Virus record (IMG/VR): IMGVR_UViG_2791355120_000002
Coordinates: 1-64,000 of that record
Origin: a virus
Taxonomy: Duplodnaviria; Caudoviricetes
Strand: one strand, 5' to 3'
DNA: 64,000 nt
Below the pieces are notes generated by a model. That model was not told the origin of the DNA and searched no databases. It saw only the letters and a program-made list of their open reading frames with translations. The translations under genes and the position numbers were made by a program. Positions 9,650 to 18,623 of this stretch are shown here, piece after piece. The number at the start of each line of letters is the position of its first letter. Within the stretch, counting starts at the first letter, position 1.

Positions 9650-10855
9650 TCAGTCGAGATCGTCAAACTCATCCTCAATCGGGGTGAGCGCTGGTCGCAC
9701 ATGGTCAGCCGGAACCAATTTTGGCTTCCCCTGTGCTCGATCCACCAGCTTTTGCAGTTTCGCCCATGTCTCTGGGTGGCCCTGCTTTTTGCGTCCCGGC
9801 TTCACCAGTTTTTCGATGTCGGTGATGCCGATGATCTGTCTCGGTTTGAAGGCCTTCTCGCCGAGCGCATCGACGAGCAGCGCTTCGGCCTTCTTTCCGT
9901 CTGTGAAGTAGCGGTCGCCCAGGTCGCCGGCCACGGCCTTCGAGCCCGGATCGGGCGTGCCGTTGATCGCGGCGGCGAGGCTGTCTTCGTGCAGCTTCGC
10001 GAGCCAGGCGCGGATGTCGGGTGCGTGCTTGACGATGTGCCAGCGGCGCTCAGGCGTGATCTCGATCCCGTCGACATCTTGGTCGGTCAGCAGCCGAAGC
10101 AGCAGTTCGACGAACATTTCGAGCAGCCACTTGTTGCGCGCTGCGCAGCCGCCCACCAAGTCTTTGACCGGGCACCAGCGACAAGCCTTATGGCTCGGCT
10201 GAAACTCGACATCTCCGCTCTCGATCTTGCGGTAAACCACCTTCATTTCCTCGCCAAAGGCGAGCAGTTCGTCGAGCGTGACTTCCCAAAACTTCATGCC
10301 GCCAGCGCGCGGCTGGTCGATGTTCAGAACGATCTTGTCGACCTGCGGCCGGCCGAGGAATTCCCAAATGCCGAGCGCGTAGACACGCAACTGTTTGTTG
10401 CCCACGGCATCGACCGGAACGCCGGCACCGTATTTCAAATCGCTGATGTACAGCGTGGTCGTGAACAGCAGATCGCTCAGCCAGCCCGTGTCGCAAGTGC
10501 CGAACTGGCCCGGCAGCCACGAGGATACATCGACGCGGATTTCGACATGCGGACTGCCGGTGTGCTCGCGCACCCAATCGATACCTGGCTGCAGGTGCCC
10601 GGCCATCTCGTCGTCCACGGTGTAGGTGAAGCCATCCGCGCTGATGACGGCGCCGACGAAGTGGTGTGGATCGAGCCCGTACTTCAAGCACATCTCGCGC
10701 ACTTCATGCGCCACAGTGCCCTCGGCAGACCACTCGGACGACTCGCGGTCGCGTATCTCGCCTTCCAGATGCAGACGGTCGATCAGAGCCACTGACGCAG
10801 TGCAGGTGCTCCAACGGTCGCAGCCGGAAGGCGAGAGGCGGGCGTGGGCAGTCAT
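9650..10855 (-). CDS. DUF2800 Cas4-like exonuclease
   Basis: HARLSPS..RW..C, AEGTVAH, FGTCD, DLKYG.G..V, N.QL..YALG and CRWC motifs. Confidence 0.9.
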   Translation of the reverse strand: MTAHARLSPSGCDRWSTCTASVALIDRLHLEGEIRDRESSEWSAEGTVAHEVREMCLKYGLDPHHFVGAVISADGFTYTVDDEMAGHLQPGIDWVREHTGSPHVEIRVDVSSWLPGQFGTCDTGWLSDLLFTTTLYISDLKYGAGVPVDAVGNKQLRVYALGIWEFLGRPQVDKIVLNIDQPRAGGMKFWEVTLDELLAFGEEMKVVYRKIESGDVEFQPSHKACRWCPVKDLVGGCAARNKWLLEMFVELLLRLLTDQDVDGIEITPERRWHIVKHAPDIRAWLAKLHEDSLAAAINGTPDPGSKAVAGDLGDRYFTDGKKAEALLVDALGEKAFKPRQIIGITDIEKLVKPGRKKQGHPETWAKLQKLVDRAQGKPKLVPADHVRPALTPIEDEFDDLD

Positions 10856-11151
10856 TTAACCGCCGCTAGATCATGACGTGCATAAATGGGCTCATCGTTG
10901 CCCGTCAGCACGAGTACGGCCATTGCTTCGCAGCAAGGCCCGCAGGCGTAGAACGTCATGACGATTTTCTCGTCGTTCTCGCGTTCCGTTTGCGCCCTGA
11001 CGCGCGACTTCGGAAGGATCAGCCCTGTGCAGATGCAGCAGGGATGCTCCTTCCGTGTCACGACCATTTTGTTTCTAAAAATCGTCACCTCACTGTCACG
11101 ATCTCCCTGGAAGAGTTCGTAGCAAAGGATGGCCTGATCTTTGGTGATCAT
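10852..11151 (-). CDS. Hypothetical Cys-rich protein
   Basis: RKEHPCCIC...CGPCC; ATGA coupling. Confidence 0.6.
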   Translation of the reverse strand: MITKDQAILCYELFQGDRDSEVTIFRNKMVVTRKEHPCCICTGLILPKSRVRAQTERENDEKIVMTFYACGPCCEAMAVLVLTGNDEPIYARHDLAAVK

Positions 11152-11705
11152 GCGAACACGTCCCTCACGATTTCCCAAAGCGATGCATCAGCCAAAACCC
11201 GATGGCGCACGAAGTCGTTGTCTGGCTTCTTGCCGATCGGGCAGAACACGCGGACGGGGATCGGGCGAACCTCGCCCTTCAGCATCAGCGTCGCTGTCGG
11301 CTGGTTGACGAAGGTCTCGTGGATCATCCCGGCCGGCAGCCGGTAGCTTTCGCCGGCCGGATATACGTGAGCGTGATACGGACCCACGCGAAGCGGCTCA
11401 CCAAAGGGCACGAGAATGGTGTCCTCGCCAGCGCGCGCCAGCGGCGTGTAAACATCGTGGGTGGCTCGTACTATCTCGCAAACAGGCCACGCATGGTAGG
11501 TCGCATTGCACATCGCGCCTCGCAGCACGAAGCTGTAGAAATCGAAGCGATGGTCGTGCAGTTGCGTCGCCACGTTCTGGCGCGGGATCGCCGGATGACC
11601 CCACACGTTGACCCGCTTGTTGTCGGGCAGGTCGATCTGAATGAAGCCGTTGCCGTGGACGCGGATGGCCGAGCCCTGCTTCCTGATCTCGTCGAAGGTG
11701 ATCAT
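11148..11705 (-). CDS. Putative cupin-fold protein
   Basis: LHDHRFDF.S.VLRG...GESY.LPAGMIHE pattern. Confidence 0.6.
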   Translation of the reverse strand: MITFDEIRKQGSAIRVHGNGFIQIDLPDNKRVNVWGHPAIPRQNVATQLHDHRFDFYSFVLRGAMCNATYHAWPVCEIVRATHDVYTPLARAGEDTILVPFGEPLRVGPYHAHVYPAGESYRLPAGMIHETFVNQPTATLMLKGEVRPIPVRVFCPIGKKPDNDFVRHRVLADASLWEIVRDVFA

Positions 11706-11851
11706 TGGAACCACCAGTGCAACAGCGTGGCGCCGAGGATCGCAGTAGCGGCGAACGTGATAGCCGATGCGGCTACGCGATCGACCCACGCAAAGCGGTC
11801 GGGGATGTAATCCGAGCCGACCGTTGGCTTGTAGTAGCGAAGGCGATTCAC
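11702..11851 (-). CDS. Small membrane protein
   Basis: GTG start overlapping the upstream stop; hydrophobic C-terminus. Confidence 0.5.
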   Translation of the reverse strand: MNRLRYYKPTVGSDYIPDRFAWVDRVAASAITFAATAILGATLLHWWFQ

Positions 11852-12054
11852 GGACGGTTCTCCATGTCGCCTTCGGCCGTGAACGGGCCGTCGAACGAAA
11901 CGGTCGGATCGCCCCACTTCTTGCGGGTGTCCTTGTTGAACATGCCGTGCTTGGTCATGAAGGCGTTCGGCGTCTCCTGGATGATCTTCGCAGGGAAACG
12001 CTTCTCGCCGACGATGACGATGTGCCGGTAGTTCGGGAAGATATCGGCGCTCAT
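11848..12054 (-). CDS. Hypothetical protein
   Basis: Coupled ORF (MSADIFPNY...). Confidence 0.55.
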   Translation of the reverse strand: MSADIFPNYRHIVIVGEKRFPAKIIQETPNAFMTKHGMFNKDTRKKWGDPTVSFDGPFTAEGDMENRP

Positions 12055-12404
12055 CAGCGTACAGCCAGGCAACCGAACTGGAACTTGAGCGCGTCGTAGC
12101 TCTGCCCGCTGCGCTCGGCCATCTTCTCGCACGCGGCCTTCTGGCGCTGCGCCTCCTTCACGATGCAGATGTCGCGCCGCATCCGCTTGCGCTGCCCACG
12201 AGTGAAGCCGTCCGAGTACACGCGCGGCTGCTTGGCCGGCACCCGGAAACCCTTACCACCGGTCATCGCAGCCAGGGCGGCCTTGCGAGCCATAAAGGCA
12301 CCGCTGCCCTCGCCGAGCGGGTTGCCGAGGCGTTCGCCGATATCGCGGTTCATGATCTTCGCGAAAGGCGTCTTGCTGAAAAGGGATTTGCCGAAGAAGT
12401 TCAC
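12054..12404 (-). CDS. Hypothetical basic protein
   Basis: GTG start with a GGAGA SD. Confidence 0.6.
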   Translation of the reverse strand: MNFFGKSLFSKTPFAKIMNRDIGERLGNPLGEGSGAFMARKAALAAMTGGKGFRVPAKQPRVYSDGFTRGQRKRMRRDICIVKEAQRQKAACEKMAERSGQSYDALKFQFGCLAVR

Positions 12405-12425
12405 CGTTGTCTCTCCATGGTGTTC

Positions 12426-12549
12426 GAGGCACTTGGGAGACGAGCAGGAGCCGCAGTGAAACAGCCGTGCCTGAGAGCTTGGGAGGCTCTATCTCAGGGC
12501 CTGCTCGCCGCCGAAGCGCCTCCCGGCGCGCTGCCGGGAGGAACTGCGG
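12426..12549 (-). ncRNA. Putative structured RNA element in an intergenic gap
   Basis: Several nested complementary segments (see findings). Confidence 0.4.
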
Positions 12550-12563
12550 TCAGTGGGCCGAGA

Positions 12564-13055
12564 TCAGAGTTCCAGGTCGTCGGACTTCTTCGGTTCGGTC
12601 AGCGCACCCTTCGCCTTCAGCTTGGCGATCTGGTCCTTGAACAGGTCGATGGCGTCTTCCTTGATGTGGTCGACCGCCGTGGCATCGGCGACATCGGCCT
12701 TCTTGACCTTTTCGTGGTTGAGCAGCGCCTTGATCTTCGCCTTGCGCGCCTCGCGTTCCTCGGGCCGGTCGATCTCGACCAGGTAGCCGGCGATCAGTTC
12801 CTTGATGCCCTCGTAGGGGTTCTTGCGATCTTCGCCGCTGGTCGAAATCTGGCCCTTGCCGGCGTCGTCGCCTTTGGTCTCGGTGGTGGTCGTGGCAGCG
12901 GTGTCAGCCTTGCCCTTGGCGCCCTTGCCGCTGTTGTTGACGGCGGCGCTCACCTTGTCGATCGCGTCGTTGCGCAGGGCGAGAAGGTCTTTGGTGGCGG
13001 CGAGAAGGTCTTTCATGACTGCGGTGTTTTCCGCGATGGCAGCTTCGAGGCTCAT
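12564..13055 (-). CDS. Hypothetical phage protein, first gene of the leftward operon
   Basis: ATG (MSLEAAIAENT) with an AGGAG SD. Confidence 0.75.
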   Translation of the reverse strand: MSLEAAIAENTAVMKDLLAATKDLLALRNDAIDKVSAAVNNSGKGAKGKADTAATTTTETKGDDAGKGQISTSGEDRKNPYEGIKELIAGYLVEIDRPEEREARKAKIKALLNHEKVKKADVADATAVDHIKEDAIDLFKDQIAKLKAKGALTEPKKSDDLEL

Positions 13056-13222
13056 AGTGTCTCCTGGACGTTGATTTAAAATCACGCAAAACGTGAATGC
13101 ATCGTCGTTAAAACACGTTTGAAGGCACGTTTCAAGCCCGGTGTGCAAAAATTTCACGTTTAACTTGATTTTATGAAGCCGGGCGTCTAAGGTCGGGTCA
13201 AATCCAGCCAAGGGGATGCGAT
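13056..13222. promoter_or_regulatory. Divergent promoter region with two operator-like sites
   Basis: AT-rich; TCAC-GCAAAAC-GTGA at 13082-13096 and TCAC-GTTTAAC-TTGA at 13154-13168. Confidence 0.7.
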
Positions 13223-13567
13223 TTGGAACCCACCACGCATGAAGCTGCGGCAGCCAAGCCCAACCACACCGGCCGCCCGCGTAAGAATGACGACTTCAAG
13301 CTCTATGAGGGCGATCTGTACAAGGTGCTGCTCGAAAAGCTGCCCTCGAAGTACATCAAATTCGGGCGGCTCGACACCGATGCCATCCGAATCGGCACCG
13401 GCAATGCTCGCTTTACCGTCTACCGGTGGCTGAACGAGCAGAAGCTGTCGAAGAACGCCATCCGAGCGCTGCTCAAGTTGTCGGCCGAGAGCGATGAAGC
13501 CAAGAAGAAGGGCAAGTTGAAGAAGGCGGACCTTATCCCCTTCTTCGATCTCGGCGACGACCTCTGA
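13223..13567 (+). CDS. Small DNA-binding protein (Cro-like position)
   Basis: Basic ORF with an HTH-like ARFTVYRWL segment; divergent from the replication operon; start codon uncertain. Confidence 0.6.
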   Translation: MEPTTHEAAAAKPNHTGRPRKNDDFKLYEGDLYKVLLEKLPSKYIKFGRLDTDAIRIGTGNARFTVYRWLNEQKLSKNAIRALLKLSAESDEAKKKGKLKKADLIPFFDLGDDL

Positions 13568-13589
13568 TTCCCGCAGGGGAAGGCGTAAA

Positions 13590-16097
13590 ATGGCAAGTGC
13601 TCCCACGCTCGACGGCGTGCTCGATTCCGTCCGCCCTCTGATCGAGGCCGGCGCGTCGCTGCATTGGTTGGTCCCCTTTGAGAAGCGGCCGATCGAAAAC
13701 GAATGGTCGAAGGCTCCGTTTCAGGACGAAGCCGCGCTCCGCAAGTCCTATCGTAGCAACGCCAACATCGGCATCCGGCTCGGCGAGCCGTCGAAGACCG
13801 ATATTGGCTACCTGCATCTGATCGACCTGGACATCCGCAAACCGGAACTCGCCGCCGAGGCGTGGGCAAAGCTGCTCGAACTCTGGCCGGCAGCGCGGTC
13901 GTTCCCCACTGGCATCAGCGGATCAGGCGGCGAAAGCCGCCATATCTATTTTCTGACCGACAAGCCGTTCCCAAAGAAGAAGCTCGCCAAGTCCACCAAC
14001 TTCACGATGGTGTGGGACGCGCAGAAGGAGCGCGAGGTTCGCAAATACGATTGGGAGATCGACCTTTACGGCACTGGCGCGCAAGCGGTGCTGCCACCTT
14101 CGATCCATCCGAATACCCGCCTGCCCTATCGTTGGGAACGGCCGCTCGAACTCGATTTCCCGATGATGATGGAGATCGGCTCGTCACAGGTCGAAGCATG
14201 GGGCGTCAGCGCCGCGTCGGCGCAGCCGGAAGACGATGAGGACGACCTTTTCGCGCTCTTGCGCGCAACGCCGATGGACCTGGCGCCCGAGAAGATCGAC
14301 GAGATCATGCGCGATCTGCCGGCCGATTGGGTCGACGATCGTGACCAGTGGTTGACAGTCGGCGCCGCGCTGCATCACCAGTTCGAGGGAGCCAACGCGG
14401 GCTTCGAGCGGTGGAACGAATGGGCGAAGCAGTCGCCGAAGTTCGACGCCAAGGACTCGGCGCGCGTTTGGAAGTCCTTCAAGGGCTCAAAGAATCCCGT
14501 CCGCATGGCGACGCTGATCCAGGCGGTGCAGACGAAGAAGCTCGCTCTCGACCTCGGTCTCGACGACGATGACGACGGTTTCGATTTGCCAGCCATCATT
14601 CCCGCCGCGTCGAGCAACGACCTTTCCGACTTGCTCGGCACCGACACCAATGACCTTTCCGACCTGCTCGGCGGCTCCCCCCAACCTGCCGCGAAAGCGG
14701 ACAAAAAGGATGCCGTTGACCCTGACTGGTTGAGCAAGCTGCACCGCAACGAGGAAGGCGAGATCAAGAGCACCCTTCCGAACGTCGCCCTGATCGTTGA
14801 TTGCGATCCGCGCACGCGCGGCATTGTCGCCTTCAGCGAGTTCAAGCAGACGGTTGTGCTGCGTGGCACCGGTCGCAAGGCATCACGGAAGCGCGACTCA
14901 GGACACGATCCGGTCAATCTCGACGGCCGTCTGTGGGAAGTGCAGGATGAACTCAACGGAGACAGTTGGAGCGACAGCCACGACTTCGCGGTGCGCGCCC
15001 TTATCGAGAGCAAGACGCAGTTGAAGGGCTACGGGATCAAGGTCACTGACCGCGATCTCAAGGGCGGCATCGATATGGCCGCGCAGCGGCGCCGCTTCCA
15101 TCCGGTCAAAGAACTGATCGAATCGGTAACATGGGACGGCACCCCGCGCGCCGAGACCCTGTTCATCGACTATCTCGGCTGCGACGACAACCCCTATTAC
15201 CGCCAGGCGTCGTTGATGACCCTAGTTGGCGCTATCGCCCGCGTATATCGCCCCGGCCACAAGTTCGATTTCGTGCCGATCCTCGAAGGCGTGCAGGGCA
15301 AAGGCAAATCCACTTTCATCGAAATTCTCGGCCTGCACTGGTACAACGAACTCACTGGTGAGATCAGCGATCCGAAGCAGATGATCGAGGCCATGCAGGG
15401 CTCGTGGATACTGGAAATCGGCGAACTTTCAGCAATGCAGCGCTCGGAAGTCAACGACCTCAAGGCGTTCGTCAGCCGCACCCATGACAAGGCCCGCCTT
15501 GCCTTTGCCAAGCGCGTTCAGGAATACCCGCGCCAGTGCATCTTTATCGGCTCGACCAATGACCGCGAGTACCTGCGCGACGCGACTGGTGGTCGACGCT
15601 TCTGGCCGATCGTCTGCAACCTGGAAGGCCAAATCGATAATCCCCGGCTGCGCCGGGAAATTTTGCAGGTGTGGGCCGAGGCGCTGCAAATCTTCCGCGA
15701 CATGGAGAAGCGCTACCAGGGCGCACCGTTGCCGCTATTCCTGACCGACGAGGCGGCCAAGACGGCACTCGTCATGCAAGAAAGCCGCCGCGTCGAGAGC
15801 GCGGAAGACATCCTTGCTGGCCAGATTGCGGCTTGGCTCGAACAGCCGATCGGCACCGATGAGCGATTCGACGATCTGGACGTGGACGCCCCGAAGGTCT
15901 ATCGCCAGGAGACCTGCATTCGGGAGATTTGGGAGGCCATGCTAGGCCGCGACGGCGCGATTCCGCAGACCGAGAACGTGAAGATCGGCCGCGCCATGCT
16001 TCAAGTCGGCTGGCCGCGCTCTGCCGGCGTCCTGCACGGGCGGGAAATCAACAAAAAATGGGGCAATTGTCGCGTCTACACGAGACCTGAGAAATAG
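13590..16097 (+). CDS. Primase-polymerase / PriCT-2 / VapE-type helicase
   Basis: NIGIRLG, DLD, H.YF and LPPSIHP (prim-pol); DRDQWL.VG.ALH (PriCT-2); LEGVQGKGKST, EIGEL, GSTN and TGGRRFWP (VapE). Confidence 0.92.
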   Translation: MASAPTLDGVLDSVRPLIEAGASLHWLVPFEKRPIENEWSKAPFQDEAALRKSYRSNANIGIRLGEPSKTDIGYLHLIDLDIRKPELAAEAWAKLLELWPAARSFPTGISGSGGESRHIYFLTDKPFPKKKLAKSTNFTMVWDAQKEREVRKYDWEIDLYGTGAQAVLPPSIHPNTRLPYRWERPLELDFPMMMEIGSSQVEAWGVSAASAQPEDDEDDLFALLRATPMDLAPEKIDEIMRDLPADWVDDRDQWLTVGAALHHQFEGANAGFERWNEWAKQSPKFDAKDSARVWKSFKGSKNPVRMATLIQAVQTKKLALDLGLDDDDDGFDLPAIIPAASSNDLSDLLGTDTNDLSDLLGGSPQPAAKADKKDAVDPDWLSKLHRNEEGEIKSTLPNVALIVDCDPRTRGIVAFSEFKQTVVLRGTGRKASRKRDSGHDPVNLDGRLWEVQDELNGDSWSDSHDFAVRALIESKTQLKGYGIKVTDRDLKGGIDMAAQRRRFHPVKELIESVTWDGTPRAETLFIDYLGCDDNPYYRQASLMTLVGAIARVYRPGHKFDFVPILEGVQGKGKSTFIEILGLHWYNELTGEISDPKQMIEAMQGSWILEIGELSAMQRSEVNDLKAFVSRTHDKARLAFAKRVQEYPRQCIFIGSTNDREYLRDATGGRRFWPIVCNLEGQIDNPRLRREILQVWAEALQIFRDMEKRYQGAPLPLFLTDEAAKTALVMQESRRVESAEDILAGQIAAWLEQPIGTDERFDDLDVDAPKVYRQETCIREIWEAMLGRDGAIPQTENVKIGRAMLQVGWPRSAGVLHGREINKKWGNCRVYTRPEK

Positions 16098-16129
16098 CCT
16101 CATTTAGATCATCATCCCTGTTCGATTTG

Positions 16130-16150
16130 ACCCGCTTCGGCGGGTTTTTT
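16130..16150 (+). terminator. Rho-independent terminator
   Basis: ACCCGC-TTCG-GCGGGT followed by a T tract, after the primase gene. Confidence 0.85.
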
Positions 16151-16237
16151 CGTGCAAATGAGATACAGAGCATTTGTCGCGAAGATCGAACGTATCGCAT
16201 CTACGAAAATGGGCTCAAATCGATTTCGTGTGGCCCA

Positions 16238-16461
16238 TTATACACTCTATACAGGACATACACACTTTACACGGGGTTCCATACTCGTATCGTCGACCAC
16301 GACTCCCACGTGTTCGGGCTTCAGCCCACTCCTTGCATCCCTATCTTATTTCAGTCTCTCTACAAACCAAGTGTATAGAGTGTATAGAGTGTATTCGGTC
16401 AACAAAATCAACGCCTTACAGCTATGCAGTCTCCTATACAGTCTCAAAGTCAAGTGTATAG
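16238..16461. repeat. Iteron-like repeats; putative replication origin
   Basis: AGTGTATAG about x3 in tandem at 16370-16396; inverted TATACACTCTATACA at 16239-16253; further copies near 16434 and 16454; AT-rich. Confidence 0.6.
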
Positions 16462-16564
16462 CCGTTTCACCGCCGAAAAATTCATCACCAACCGGTTATC
16501 AGATAGGAATATTTGCCTCGCCACTCGTTTCGCTGCCGGGATTTTCAAATTTTGCGTGAATCGC

Positions 16565-16608
16565 GCTCAGCGCCTCTCGCCCATCCGGCGACCCCGCGGG
16601 AAGGACCC
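16565..16608 (-). other. Putative cos packaging site (cosQ plus cosN)
   Basis: Minus strand reads GGGTCCT (lambda cosQ sequence), 25 nt, then GAGGCGCTGAGC (9/12 identical to the Chi cohesive end as recalled). Confidence 0.6.
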
Positions 16609-16857
16609 TGAGCGCCCAAGCCTTTGACTTCATTCGCTTTTTCGATGTCGAGCGGCAAATGCGATACGTTCAACTTGCATCGTCGACCATGATGCAACGC
16701 ATTGAAACGACTAGGGAACTGCGGCCTAAGCGATCATGCGATACGCGCAACCGGGCAGGCCTGCCGCACGCAACGTGCAATTGTGCCTATCCAATCGCCT
16801 TTGATGCATGACGCGGGCAGCACGGGCGCCGGGCAGCTTGCCACGGGCAGGCCGGCT

Positions 16858-16920
16858 GCAGGGCTTCGCCGAGCGGCGGCTGCAGCACGGCAGCACGGCA
16901 GGGCTTCGCCGAGCGGCGGC
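16858..16920. repeat. 23-bp perfect direct repeat x2
   Basis: GCAGGGCTTCGCCGAGCGGCGGC at 16858-16880 and 16898-16920; GCAGCACGG also repeated nearby. Confidence 0.85.
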
Positions 16921-16976
16921 AGCACGGGAAGGAATCCCGCGCACGCGAGGCAGCTTGACGGCGCGACCTGGCACGC

Positions 16977-17010
16977 TTGACAATGGGTCAGAGTTTCACC
17001 TAAAACGTGA
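16977..17010 (+). promoter_or_regulatory. Sigma70-like early promoter overlapped by an operator
   Basis: TTGACA at 16977; TCAC-CTAAAAC-GTGA at 16996-17010 covers the -10 region. Confidence 0.7.
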
Positions 17011-17036
17011 AAGACTAACGCGGGAGACCTGAGACC

Positions 17037-17255
17037 ATGAGCATTCATACCTGGAAGGCGCGCGATAAAGCGGCACGCATGGGTGGCTACGCTGGTAGAG
17101 ATAGCGCGGCGCCGCTGTGGGAGATGTCCAAGCGCGAATTGATCGAGATCGCAACGCGACTCGGCGAGATTTGCAGCGACGAAGGCGGCGCCGATAACGG
17201 CATTGCCCGCGCTATCGAGGAACACGGCATATTGAAGCAAAACGCGATCATTTAG
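17037..17255 (+). CDS. Hypothetical early protein
   Basis: First ORF after the promoter. Confidence 0.65.
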   Translation: MSIHTWKARDKAARMGGYAGRDSAAPLWEMSKRELIEIATRLGEICSDEGGADNGIARAIEEHGILKQNAII

Positions 17256-17257
17256 CC

Positions 17258-17494
17258 ATGACGATGCAATTTGAGTTTCACGCATACCACGACGGCTTGC
17301 GGGCTGATATCACAACTGAGCGGCTGCAAAGTGATAGCGCGGCAAGGGCAAAGGCCGGCCGCATGGCGAAGCGGTGCAATGGTCCGGTTGACCTTGCCCG
17401 AGCCGGCGCCGCGCCATGGGATGAGCGCTATATCACCACGGCCAGCCCGAGCCAGTTTCACGCAAGCGGCTATCGATTGGAGCGGCTGGCGTAA
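17258..17494 (+). CDS. Hypothetical early protein
   Basis: Adjacent same-strand ORF. Confidence 0.6.
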   Translation: MTMQFEFHAYHDGLRADITTERLQSDSAARAKAGRMAKRCNGPVDLARAGAAPWDERYITTASPSQFHASGYRLERLA

Positions 17495-17500
17495 AGCCGC

Positions 17501-17533
17501 TTGACTCGGCTGCTAGTTTCACGTTTAATGTGA
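17501..17533 (+). promoter_or_regulatory. Promoter plus operator
   Basis: TTGACT-17-TTTAAT; TCAC-GTTTAAT-GTGA at 17519-17533; nearly identical to 19607-19650. Confidence 0.75.
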
Positions 17534-17559
17534 AAGTCACGAAACAACGGGATTACGCA

Positions 17560-17775
17560 ATGTCCGCTTTGATCGCTTTCGCCGCTGCCAATCCTGAGAC
17601 CGCTTTTCAGCTTGTCATGCTTGCGCTTTGCGGCGTTGTCGCCCTGGCAATGGCCGTTGCTGGCTTGCTCTATCTCACGGAAGCCGAGCGGCGCCGCAAC
17701 CGTTCCAACCGTCGCCGCGACAAGCGCCGCGCTGCCCGCATGGCAGCTTTCCGGCGCCGCGTGCGCTCGGCTTAA
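17560..17775 (+). CDS. Small membrane protein with Arg-rich tail
   Basis: One hydrophobic helix followed by an Arg-rich C-terminus. Confidence 0.6.
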   Translation: MSALIAFAAANPETAFQLVMLALCGVVALAMAVAGLLYLTEAERRRNRSNRRRDKRRAARMAAFRRRVRSA

Positions 17776-17802
17776 CTTTCACTTCTAACGGGAGAATCAC
17801 CA

Positions 17803-18054
17803 ATGCTTGCCAAATTGCTTGCAGCCACGGTTGCCACGGGAGTCGGCAGCTTCGCCATTGCCTGCAGCCTGCCCGCTCAGCCCGAGCCGGCGCCGCGCTT
17901 CGAAATACGCGTCACGACCTATGACGGGCAGTTGTTCATCGCGGGCAGCGGCGACGATTGCCTGAGCGCATGGGAAGGCGCCCGCGTGCCGCATGGCTGG
18001 CAATCGATCGAATGTGTCGACGCCACGGCGCCGCGCTTCGCCTTTCACTTTTAA
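17803..18054 (+). CDS. Small exported protein
   Basis: GGGAG SD; hydrophobic N-terminus. Confidence 0.6.
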   Translation: MLAKLLAATVATGVGSFAIACSLPAQPEPAPRFEIRVTTYDGQLFIAGSGDDCLSAWEGARVPHGWQSIECVDATAPRFAFHF

Positions 18055-18069
18055 CGGGAGAATCACGCT

Positions 18070-18288
18070 ATGGATATCGAGTCCATGTTCTACCATGTCG
18101 AGTCGGCTCGGGCTGCCATGCGGGCAGGCCTGCCGATAACTGCGGCCGTTCACATGCGGCACGCGTTGCAGTGCGCCAATGCGCTCAAAAGCCCGCGCTT
18201 GCGGTCTCGAGTTTTCCGAATCCGAAACAAGCTTCGGCCGCTGGCCGAGCATCACACAAGAATTATCGCCGCTCAGATTGCGGCCTAA
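18070..18288 (+). CDS. Hypothetical early protein
   Basis: GGGAG SD within an operator-like site. Confidence 0.6.
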   Translation: MDIESMFYHVESARAAMRAGLPITAAVHMRHALQCANALKSPRLRSRVFRIRNKLRPLAEHHTRIIAAQIAA

Positions 18289-18302
18289 CGGGAGTCCCTG
18301 CC

Positions 18303-18623
18303 ATGTCAAAATACTTCCACATCATGACCGGCTTGCGCGGTTGCTACATGCCCGACAATGCCTATGTCATCCGCGTCGACACTAGGCGCGAACTAAAAGC
18401 CGCAATCGAAGATGAGGCACGGCTTTGCCGCGACTCTGGCTTTGTCGGCTGCAGCAAATCGGCCGTAGCCAGCCTGGCCGCTGCCGCGTGGCGCGAAGCA
18501 CACAAGCGCAATCCTTCGATCTATCCCCACGTTGCGCCATACGGCAGCCGCGACAATCGTCATTCGGCGATTCATGTGTCTACCGCGACGCGTGCCGAAT
18601 ATCTGGAATTCGAGTCGGCCTAA
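18303..18623 (+). CDS. Hypothetical early protein
   Basis: GGGAG SD; MSKYFHIMTGLRGCYMPD. Confidence 0.65.
   Translation: MSKYFHIMTGLRGCYMPDNAYVIRVDTRRELKAAIEDEARLCRDSGFVGCSKSAVASLAAAAWREAHKRNPSIYPHVAPYGSRDNRHSAIHVSTATRAEYLEFESA

Noticed and set aside
12451-12480. Hammerhead-like GAAA and CTGAGAG
   Set aside because: Order and spacing leave no room for the required stems.
16583-16600. Plus-strand CCGGCGACCCCGCGGG resembling the lambda cos end
   Set aside because: The cosQ-like element and the late genes point to the minus strand, so the minus-strand Chi-like site fits better. Not fully excluded.
16127-16627. ORFs across the ori/cos region
   Set aside because: They overlap a terminator and repeats, have atypical composition and lack ribosome-binding sites.
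16810-16930. Possible CRISPR array
   Set aside because: Only two 23-bp copies with a 17-bp repetitive spacer and no cas operon; DUF2800 is a common phage nuclease.
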